A DNA stretch of 63,047 bases, counting the filler, from Octopus bimaculoides (lineage: Eukaryota): assembly GCF_001194135.2 (NCBI RefSeq). It is 7 parts of 7 records of this genome, joined end to end, with 100 filler letters (N's around TTAATTAATTAA, not from the genome) between each part and the next. Parts side by side here need not be neighbours in the genome. Positions count along the whole stretch, not along the records: positions 50,267 to 57,123 come from NC_068998.1; positions 57,224 to 59,717 come from NC_068989.1; positions 59,818 to 63,047 come from NW_026420950.1; 4 more parts are not named here. One strand, written 5' to 3'. A model generated the notes under the pieces. That model was not told the origin of the DNA. It was given only the letters and a program-made list of their open reading frames with translations, and searched no databases. This document shows, piece by piece, positions 52,871-63,047 of the stretch; within the stretch, counting starts at the first letter, position 1, and each line of letters starts with the position of its first letter. The position numbers were made by a program, and so were the translations under genes.

Positions 52871-53371
52871 CGCATTCACCATATATATATATATATATAN
52901 NNNNNNNNNNNNNNNNNNNNNNNNNNNNNNNNNNNNNNNNNNNNNNNNNNNNNNNNNNNNNNNNNNNNNNNNNNNNNNNNNNNNNNNNNNNNNNNNNNNN
53001 NNNNNNNNNNNNNNNNNNNNNNNNNNNNNNNNNNNNNNNNNNNNNNNNNNNNNNNNNNNNNNNNNNNNNNNNNNNNNNNNNNNNNNNNNNNNNNNNNNNN
53101 NNNNNNNNNNNNNNNNNNNNNNNNNNNNNNNNNNNNNNNNNNNNNNNNNNNNNNNNNNNNNNNNNNNNNNNNNNNNNNNNNNNNNNNNNNNNNNNNNNNN
53201 NNNNNNNNNNNNNNNNNNNNNNNNNNNNNNNNNNNNNNNNNNNNNNNNNNNNNNNNNNNNNNNNNNNNNNNNNNNNNNNNNNNNNNNNNNNNNNNNNNNN
53301 NNNNNNNNNNNNNNNNNNNNNNNNNNNNNNNNNNNNNNNNNNNNNNNNNNNNNNNNNNNNNNNNNNNNNGT

Positions 53372-53507
53372 TTCCAGCAATTTAAAGTTTCGCAGGCCTC
53401 TTACAGAAGCCCATCTCTTTCAGGCTTTAGATTACTCATTGATTAATCTAAAGCCTGTGAGAAACATGCATCTGTCAGAGGGTAACGAAACTTTAAGGTG
53501 CGTGGAA
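53372..53507. repeat. ~135-nt foldback (palindromic MITE-like) element
   Basis: Perfect 14-bp core caggctttagatta/taatctaaagcctg around a 9-nt loop. Outer matches are cctct(t/g)acaga, ttaaagtttcg/cgaaactttaa and ttcca/tggaa. Confidence 0.85.
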
Positions 53508-53655
53508 CCGAATCAAACTGTTTTCAATAATATATATATTCGTTTTTGTTATTGTTAAATTTTTTTCGGTTAATTGTTTGTGTTGATGTTATCTTCTTTT
53601 TATCCCCCACTCTCACTATCTCTTTTATTTTTACTGTCGTACTTGTCCTCTTCTT

Positions 53656-53815
53656 TATCTGTCTATTGCTCTCTTCTTGCCGTTTTCGTCTGTCGCTCCT
53701 GTCAGCCTCCACATTTGTCTATCGATCCCCTTCTTGCAGTTTTCGTTTGTCGCGTTTGTCCGCCTCCATATCTGTCTATCGCTCTCTTACTTCTTGCCGT
53801 TTTCGTTTGTCGCTT
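53656..53815 (+). repeat. ~57-60-bp minisatellite, ~3 copies
   Basis: 'cttgc(c/a)gttttcgt(c/t)tgtcgc' at 53676, 53733 and 53793. Confidence 0.85.
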
Positions 53816-54658
53816 TCTTGTTCATGTAATTTTTAGTTTTCAATGAAAACTTGACATAAGAACAATAACTAGAATTCCAAGAACAACAATCAAATACAAG
53901 AATAGCCGGGAGAAGAATAACACCAAGACAAAAAACAAACAAAATGAATTAAATAAATAAAAAAGAACGAAATAATCAGCAAAAATTTAAAACCCCACAA
54001 GAAATATAAATATAAATACACTGAGTAGACAGACAAAGAAGCCAAACGAAGAGTACAGCTCAAGAAAGAGAATTTATAAACATCTTTTTGTAATTGTAAT
54101 AGCAAAACAATGACAACAATAATGACGATGATAAAAATTACATAAATAGTAACAACAAAAATGTCAAGTATAGTTGTAAGCAAGGACAAACAATAATTAA
54201 AAGAATAATTTATTACTTCGACAACGACCATAATAAAACAAAGAGGGACGTCGATGCGATTTGTTGAAGAGGATATAATACCAGCCGAAATATCCCTCAA
54301 ACCCTATCCGAACTTCTTCGTAAATAGGTAGATTGGATGATGTACAGGGAGAAGAATAAGAACATAATAATAAGAAGGAGACAGGATTGTTATGTCCGGA
54401 ATGTCTTTGAATAACGACCTGCTGGTTCAGGACTGACTGGGAGTTTAAAAAAAGAATAATAATATTATCATCTTCATCATCATCATCAACAGCAATGACG
54501 CTGACAACGACAGCGGTGGTCTCGGTGACAAAGACCGCAGCAAAGAAAGGCAGTTATTGTTGGAATATCGATCTTTTTTAAAGTGAAAAAATTGCGAGTA
54601 AAAGTTGACAGACAAATCAGAGAGAGAAGCAGACAGAGGCGGAGGGGAGATGAAGAGG

Positions 54659-54708
<50 letters not shown>

Positions 54709-56759
54709 AGGANNNNNNNNNNGAGGGAAAGCGATAGATAGAGACTGTGAAAGATAGATAAAGAAATAAAACAATAAATGAACTAATAAACTATATCCCA
54801 TTACGCCCACACTCTGATAATTTCCCTTCTATAGATATCTTGCTGTTCCTGTTGTTGCTGTATAACCATAGGTCAATCCTGGCCGTACATACTTCTGATC
54901 TAATGTATCTCCGCCGTGAACAATTAGATTTTACGTGTATGTAGAAGTAGAACAAAAGTGTTCTACTTCAAGCTGTCATGGTGTCCTGTCATTATATCAG
55001 ACAGCAGAGTATTATTGGAGGGAAATTTGGCTATTGTATCTAGCAATTTTGGAGACCACATAATGGTTGTCCTCCTTCACATGTATCAGCCAGTTTACTC
55101 GAGTTGCTAGAAATAACAGCCAAAAACTATCTCACATCAGATACTACCCATTTTATACGTTCTAGATATGGTGTAGACATGGATAATACTTTAGGTCACG
55201 AATAAAAATAGTTTTGAATTCATTGCGGGGCTATTGAAAGTGTTACGCCTTCTTTTACTTGTGTGACTCTTTTTGCTACCCTGGTAAATGTTTATCTATT
55301 TTTCCCGTGTTAATTGTAAACAAAGGGAAAAATACATGCATTTATTTATATTTATATATACATATATATACATACACAGACACACACATGAATATATATG
55401 TATGTATAAATATATATTTATGTATGTATGCATGNNNNNNNNNNNNNNNNNNNNNNNNNNNNNNNNNNNNNNNNNNNNNNNNNNNNNNNNNNNNNNNNNN
55501 NNNNNNNNNNNNNNNNNNNNNNNNNNNNNNNNNNNNNNNNNNNNNNNNNNNNNNNNNNNNNNNNNNNNNNNNNNNNNNNNNNNNNNNNNNNNNNNNNNNN
55601 NNNNNNNNNNNNNNNNNNNNNNNNNNNNNNNNNNNNNNNNNNNNNNNNNNNNNNNNNNNNNNNNNNNNNNNNNNNNNNNNNNNNNNNNNNNNNNNNNNNN
55701 NNNNNNNNNNNNNNNNNNNNNNNNNNNNNNNNNNNNNNNNNNNNNNNNNNNNNNNNNNNNNNNNNNNNNNNNNNNNNNNNNNNNNNNNNNNNNNNNNNNN
55801 NNNNNNNNNNNNNNNNNNNNNNNNNNNNNNNNNNNNNNNNNNNNNNNNNNNNNNNNNNNNNNNNNNNNNNNNNNNNNNNNNNNNNNNNNNNNNNNNNNNN
55901 NNNNNNNNNNNNNNNNNNNNNNNNNNNNNNNNNNNNNNNNNNNNNNNNNNNNNNNNNNNNNNNNNNNNNNNNNNNNNNNNNNNNNNNNNNNNNNNNNNNN
56001 NNNNNNNNNNNNNNNNNNNNNNNNNNNNNNNNNNNNNNNNNNNNNNNNNNNNNNNNNNNNNNNNNNNNNNNNNNNNNNNNNNNNNNNNNNNNNNNNNNNN
56101 NNNNNNNNNNNNNNNNNNNNNNNNNNNNNNNNNNNNNNNNNNNNNNNNNNNNNNNNNNNNNNNNNNNNNNNNNNNNNNNNNNNNNNNNNNNNNNNNNNNN
56201 NNNNNNNNNNNNNNNNNNNNNNNNNNNNNNNNNNNNNNNNNNNNNNNNNNNNNNNNNNNNNNNNNNNNNNNNNNNNNNNNNNNNNNNNNNNNNNNNNNNN
56301 NNNNNNNNNNNNNNNNNNNATATACCTAGCTAGCTAGATAGATAGATAGATAGATAGATAGATACATAGATAGATAGATAGATATGAGTGTGTGTGAGTG
56401 TATATGTGTAGGTATACCTCATCTTACATCTGTAACTGGTTCTAAGACAGGCGTCTTAACTCGAAAAGTGACGTAACACGAATGAAATATTTTAAAAACA
56501 TTTCAAAGATTATATCTGTTTTAATAGATGGTTTGTCCATGATTTCACGTATATTTTAGTTGACTTTTCCATTTTGGTATTGTTTATGTTTTGTTGCTCT
56601 TTCTTTAAATTTTTACTTTCAAAATATTATCGCTGAGACTGACATAAAGTCGGATAAATCAACCTAAAGTTGAGGATTATTTTATCAATTAATTTCTTAC
56701 AAGCAAAACCATCTAAAGGCAAAGAAGACGTACTTAAAGACGACGTAAATTGAAGCAGG

Positions 56760-56995
56760 CCTCCATATATAAATACATACATACATACATACATACATAC
56801 ATAATACATAGATACATAAATACATACATACATAATACATAGATACATACATACATACATACATAATACATAGATACATACATACATACATACATACATA
56901 CATAATACGTACATGTATACATACATACATACATACATACATAATACGTACATACATAAATACATACATACATACGTACATACATATATACATTC
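56760..56995. repeat. Compound (TACA)n microsatellite with higher-order 'taatacatagata/taatacgta' punctuation
   Basis: Direct reading. It explains the spurious MYVCMYVLC ORFs. Similar (CA)n, (TA)n, (GA)n, (GATA)n, (AAT)n and (ACC)n tracts occur throughout the window. Confidence 0.9.
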
Positions 56996-57626
56996 AAAAA
57001 ATCATACGTATATTGCTATAAGTATATATATGTCTCAGTCAGTACTTCTGGTACCTTTTATCGATCTTAACATTTAAATGTTTACTCTTAGTCAGGTATA
57101 ATATTCTCTATTGTACTTTATACNNNNNNNNNNNNNNNNNNNNNNNNNNNNNNNNNNNNNNNNNNNNTTAATTAATTAANNNNNNNNNNNNNNNNNNNNN
57201 NNNNNNNNNNNNNNNNNNNNNNNATATATATATATATATATATATAAATATATGCACACAAACACACGTACATATGCATGTGTGTGTGCGTGCTTATTTT
57301 TGTGTTTTCCATTAATTTAGACTGTTGAGTTTGATATTCAAACCTGTCATTTAATAGGCATATATATATATGTATGTCATATATATATATATTTTTTTTT
57401 TTATATATACATTCGGCCACACACACACACACACATATACGTGTGCGTTTGTATGAGCGCGTGTAAGTGACAGAAAATAAAATGTCTCCGCTGTGATACG
57501 TGTATGTGCAGACTTGAAATTGAATAATACCTGTGTCTACAAGAATATATTTACAGGTGTGCATGCGTTGAATATAGATGCATTAATACGTGTATATATT
57601 TGCATATGTATATATGTGTGTGTGTC

Positions 57627-57664
<38 letters not shown>

Positions 57665-57887
57665 NNNNNNNNNNATACATACACACACACGCACACACAC
57701 ACACACACACGCATATATATATATTGGCGTTTTTCGTCGTATATGAGCTTTTACATGTTTTCTACTTTTCTTGTTGTGATAAATCTATTTATGAGAAAAT
57801 GTCGGAAGCGAATTTCAAAATGGCGTTTCATTCAAGTTTGTTGCTTTGGTTGGTTTTGGTGCTGTTTTTATTCTTGTTGTGCATCAT

Positions 57888-57921
<34 letters not shown>

Positions 57922-58874
57922 CGTTGTATTGTTTTTGTGTCGTGTTTATAGTTATGTTTGTTGTTTTGTTGCTTTGTTTGTTGTTTGTATGTTTTCGATC
58001 TTTGTACTTGCAGAAATTGTCAACCGGCGCGCGGGCGAGTGTATGAGTGAGGAAAGAGAGAGGGGGGAGAGAGAGACAGAGTGAGAAGAAAGAAGAGGAA
58101 GAAGGGTAAAATGAGTGGAGAATAGACGAGGCGCTGAGAGAGAGAGTTAATGGGAGAGAGGAGAAGGGAAAAAGGAGGAAACGGAGAAGAGCGAAAAAGA
58201 GGGGTAGTGTGAGTGTTGGGTATAAGTGGATAAAGGGTGGACGATTTCGTCTAACCACATGGAGATGGTGCTGATGATGATGATGACGATGACGATAACG
58301 ATTTGGATGAGGAGGAGGGGAAGAGGAAGGAGAGGTAGATGTATGTAAAATTGATGATGATGATGACGATGACGATAACGATTTGGATGAGGAGGAGGGG
58401 AAGAGGAANNNNNNNNNNNNNNNNNNNNNNNNNNNNNNNNNNNNNNNNNNNNNNNNNNNNNNNNNNNNNNNNNNNNNNNNNNNNNNNNNNNNNNNNNNNN
58501 NNNNNNNNNNNNNNNNNNNNNNNNNNNNNNNNNNNNNNNNNNNNNNNNNNNNNNNNNNNNNNNNNNNNNNNNNNNNNNNNNNNNNNNNNNNNNNNNNNNN
58601 NNNNNNNNNNNNNNNNNNNNNNNNNNNNNNNNNNNNNNNNNNNNNNNNNNNNNNNNNNNNNNNNNNNNNNNNNNNNNNNNNNNNNNNNNNNNNNNNNNNN
58701 NNNNNNNNGCAGTGGCGGCACTACCGGCAGCGGCGGCGTAGTGGTGGCGGCGGCGTAGTGGTGGCGGCGTGGTGGCTGGTGCTGATGACGTGCTTAATGA
58801 GAAATGTACAATGAGAAACTGATGCGAAATAAAACGGGCAATATGAACATAGTTATATAGCAACACGGATCGAG

Positions 58875-59040
58875 CCAATGGACCAATGGGAATGCAGTCA
58901 GACAATGACGTCAGGATCATGTCAGAAGCGAGCTAAGTTAGCTCAGTGACAACGTCGGTATTCGTATATAAGGTGGAATTAGTGTTGTTGTTGTTATTGC
59001 TGCTGCTGCAGCAGATGTTGTTGTTGTTTAGACGTAAGTC
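58875..59040 (+). promoter_or_regulatory. Candidate Pol II promoter plus short non-coding first exon
   Basis: CCAAT at 58875 and 58883, perfect CRE TGACGTCA at 58906-58913, TATATAAG at 58965-58972, consensus donor AC|GTAAGT at 59034. Confidence 0.4.
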
Positions 59041-59099
59041 AATACACAACGAGTAGGCATAGCATCAAACGCGTTCCAATTGTACCCACCTCGACTTTA

Positions 59100-59300
59100 G
59101 CATCTATTTGTTTCAGTGATTGGATTGCGACCATGCTGGGGCATCGCGTTGAAGGGTTCATCGAAAAGACTCAACTCCAGTAGTTAATTTTTTTTTTTTC
59201 AGCCCGCTACTTATTCTATTGAAACCCTCTGGCCAAACCGCTAAGTTACGGGGACGAAAATGAGCCAAGCACTGGAAAGGAACAAAGTCACACACACACA
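59100..59300 (+). mobile_element. SINE 3' part ('ccgctaagttacggggacg' tail)
   Basis: 'gcgaccatgctggggcatcgcgttgaaggg...tacttattctat..ggccaaaccgctaagttacggggacg' followed by (CA)n. Confidence 0.6.
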
Positions 59301-59414
59301 CATCAGGTGATGCTGAAAAATTCCTTGCTTTGAATAAAAGAAAAGACGGGAGGGTCAGTTAATCGTAAATTTAATTCAACATATTCTCCCCTCTCGGATT
59401 CACGCACTTATTGC

Positions 59415-59646
59415 GGCGGCGAGCTGGCAGAAACGTTAGCACGCCGGGCGAAATGCTTAGCGGTATTTCGTCTGCCGCTACGTTCTGAGTTCAAATTCCG
59501 CCGAGGTCGACTTTGCCTTTCATCCTTTCGGGGTCGATTAAATAAGTTCCAGTTACGCACTGGGGTCGATATAATCGACTTAATCCGTTTGTCTGTCTTT
59601 GTTTGTCCCCTCTGTGTGTAGCCCCTTGTGGGTAGTAAAGAAATAA
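59415..59646 (+). mobile_element. Full-length young tRNA-derived SINE with 10-bp TSD
   Basis: A box 'tggcagaaacgttag', B box 'gagttcaaattcc', central 'gtcgactttgcctttcatcctttcggggtcgat' and tail 'aaagaaataa'. TSD cacttattgc at 59405-59414 and 59647-59656. Confidence 0.93.
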
Positions 59647-59817
59647 CACTTATTGCAGCGGTCCTTCAGTTTTTCTAAGCCCTGTAAAAAGAACTCGGAA
59701 GGATGGGCCTCCAACCANNNNNNNNNNNNNNNNNNNNNNNNNNNNNNNNNNNNNNNNNNNNTTAATTAATTAANNNNNNNNNNNNNNNNNNNNNNNNNNN
59801 NNNNNNNNNNNNNNNNN

Positions 59818-59855
<38 letters not shown>

Positions 59856-60228
59856 TATATGCACACAAATATGCACATACATGAACATGAGACTGACTAT
59901 AATGTATATTTGCAACTGATATATAACAAATATATTGATGTATGTATAAAATTTTCTGTATCTGAATTCAATTAATTATACATGTGTGTCTGTTGGTGTT
60001 TGAATCAGTTGCATTATAATTAATAGATGCACTAGTGAATTAATGCATATATTCAAAATATTATGTGAATATGTATATATATGTGTGTGAATATATCCAT
60101 GTGCAAATATTTAGAGCTGTATTTATATATCTATGTATGGATACACAGACACATATATGCATTTGTGTGTGTGTGTGTATTTGAATATGTATGTATATTA
60201 TGCATGTGTGTGTATATATATTGGCATG

Positions 60229-60260
<32 letters not shown>

Positions 60261-60498
60261 CACACATTATATATATATATATATACGAATGTATGTATGT
60301 GTGTGTGTATATATATTTGCACATATCCAAGCATGTATGTATAAACACATTTCTATGATATTGTTTGTATCAAAATGAATGCGTATGAGTTTCTTGTACA
60401 GGCCAATATGTTTGTATGTGTGTATGTGAAGAAATGAATGTCAGTGTGTGCGAATGTGAATGAATTTGTATACATATGTGTATATATCTATCTATCTA

Positions 60499-60536
<38 letters not shown>

Positions 60537-61060
60537 CATAAATATATAGGGATTGACAGTAACCTGCTTCTCCAACATACTGAGAATTCAGAAATAGCAG
60601 TCAAAGAACTACTGATTTATTAATTTTATTACTAATTGACGATTCCCTGCCCTGCATATCTATATCTATATATATATATATATATATATATGCATTTGTA
60701 TTAAACTCTCATGCTTAGCTATATCACCATATAAGTTTGTATAAGTATATATATAACTCTGCATCTCTATACATATATATTGATACATTCATATATATAT
60801 ATATATATACATATATATATTGAAATATACATATATGCATATATATATATATATATATATATATNNNNNNNNNNNNNNNNNNNNNNNNNNNNNNNNNNNN
60901 NNNNNNNNNNNNNNNNNNNNNNNNNNNNNNNNNNNNNNNNNNNNNNNNNNNNNNNNNNNNNNNNNNNNNNNNNNNNNNNNNNNNNNNNNNNNNNNNNNNN
61001 NNNNNNNNNNNNNNNNNNNNNNNNNNNNNNNNNNNNNNNNNNNNNNNNNNNNNNNNNNNN

Positions 61061-61104
<44 letters not shown>

Positions 61105-61494
61105 ATGCATATGTATATATGTCACACACATACACTCATGTATAAGTTTCGAATTAAAGTAGGTGTATTTTAAAAAACCTGTTAGTAAATATTATTTAAA
61201 CTAAATATATAAATTTTTGTGACAAATGATAAGAAAACCTTGTCTAAATTTATGTAGTTACCAGTTTTCCTATGTATTTGTTTTTTTATTTCCTTGCTTA
61301 TAGTCGTATTTATTAGTCTTCTCAATGAATTTTTTTTTTCTCTAAAAACAACTTTACAAAAGTTTAAAGTTACTTCCATGTGCAAGCAATATTTTGGTAT
61401 AGCAATTCAGATACTGCAGTCTCTATCAGTGAAATCTTACATTGGAATAAATAAATGTAGATATGTGTATAGCTAAATGCTGATATGTGTACAT

Positions 61495-61540
<46 letters not shown>

Positions 61541-61830
61541 AATAAAAGTAATGTGTGTGCATATGAAGGTGTGTAAACATGTCATCAATTAATTCATGAA
61601 TGACCATGATATAAAATGATGAATATAGAGGACTCATATGTGAGTATATTTTTATTGTTTTTTTGTGCATTATTTCTTAATATTTTTTGCAAAATAAATT
61701 AAAATTAACAAAAATACGTTGTTTGTTGTTTGTTTTAATGATTTCCACTTCATATGTATTGACATGCTGTCTTTTCAGGATTTCAAGAAACAGCTGCATC
61801 ATTTTATTTGAATTGTATAAAAAGTTAACA

Positions 61831-61886
<56 letters not shown>

Positions 61887-62532
61887 GTTTTCTAACAAGT
61901 AAGATTTAAGGGCAAATCAGTGTTACCTTGATATCTTAAGATGTGCAATAAATTGCATTATATTTATGTTTAGGTATTATCAGGTTAGTGTTATGTAATT
62001 GCTAGGATATCTATTGCATTCATATATGTTTTTATTAATGTGCATACTTACACGTAAATGTATGTTTATTAGTATATGAATGTGTGTTATTGAATAAGAG
62101 ATAAAGTATTCATGACTTAGAATATCTCTCCTATCTTTACTTCTCTTCCATGCTTCACTGCACATACCCTATTACGTGCACATACCTATTCCTTTTCTAT
62201 GAAGAGAATTTGTTAGCAACACACACAAACACACACAAAAAAATTCTGTCTTTCTTTAGAAAGGTGCACTGTGAGTGGTCACGCTCTGAAACAGCTCTCG
62301 CACCAAAATCTAGGTGATTCTGCAAGTAAAAGGAATTCACAGATGACAGAGAGAGAGAGAGAGAGAAAGGTGAGAGGAGAGAGGGAGAGAGAGAGAGAGA
62401 GAGAAAGGTGAGAAGAGAGAGGGAGAGAGAGAGAGAGAGGCAAAATTTGAGAGAGAATGGAAAAGACTTACGGAGAACATAACTGGTATTATTATACATA
62501 TTGAAAAGATGAAAAGCAAAGGNNNNNNNNNN

Positions 62533-62585
<53 letters not shown>

Positions 62586-62721
62586 TATCTGTATATATGC
62601 ATGTATATATATATGTATATACTTATGTGAGTATATATATGTATGTGTATATATATGTATGTGTATGTGTATATATATATATATGTATCTATATGTATGT
62701 ATATATATATGTGTGTGTTTG

Positions 62722-62759
<38 letters not shown>

Positions 62760-62851
62760 CCCAAATAATTTTTTGAGTATCAGCATAGGTGGAATAAATA
62801 TGCATATATATATATATACATACATACATATATCTATTTCAAATATATATC

Positions 62852-62913
<62 letters not shown>

Positions 62914-63009
62914 AATATATATACATATATACACACAAATCTATATACACATATACATATAAAGTTATATGTGGAGATGTACGTATGTGTTCATATGTAT
63001 ATATGTGCA

Positions 63010-63047
<38 letters not shown>

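Noticed and set aside
58262-58408. Exact ~56-bp direct repeat (gatgatgac...gaagaggaa) x2
   Set aside because: Low-complexity and abutting a gap. It is probably the edge of a collapsed minisatellite or an assembly overlap.
62264-62303. Hammerhead-like GTGC..CTGT-GAGTG gtca CGCTC-t-GAAAC-AGCT-CTC-GCAC
   Set aside because: The core lacks the CUGANGA spacing and the GUH triplet. At best it is a dead remnant, and a chance match is not excluded.
3605-63016. Long ORFs rich in YI/HT/CV/MYV, poly-N/I/L/T or X
   Set aside because: These are translations of (TA)n, (CA)n, (TACA)n, (AAT)n and (ACC)n microsatellites or of N gaps, with no domain content.

Overview
AT-rich, microsatellite-saturated, gap-rich eukaryotic scaffold. 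It is most likely octopus, inferred from the SINE families and repeat texture and not checked against a database. I found no intact host protein-coding gene, and nearly all long ORFs in the track are microsatellite or N-gap artefacts. The window is a layered graveyard of mobile elements: about 5 Penelope-like (GIY-YIG) remnants, a Buster/Charlie-type hAT, a Helitron 3' end, 3 R4/Dong-like RLE LINE pieces, an RTE 3' end, several mariner/Tc1 remnants and many tRNA-SINEs (some full length with TSDs). The most interesting signals are: (i) a set of minimal type-I hammerhead-ribozyme motifs tied to Penelope pseudo-LTRs, including variants with a very long stem II and a tandem CUGUUGA-core variant; (ii) retroelement ends that sit inside specific microsatellites, (TAA)n and (TACA)n; (iii) a decayed ~70-codon tandem repeat of unknown origin next to an E-box minisatellite; (iv) a compact CCAAT-CCAAT-CRE-TATA-splice donor promoter candidate near 58.9 kb; (v) several foldback/hairpin structures.
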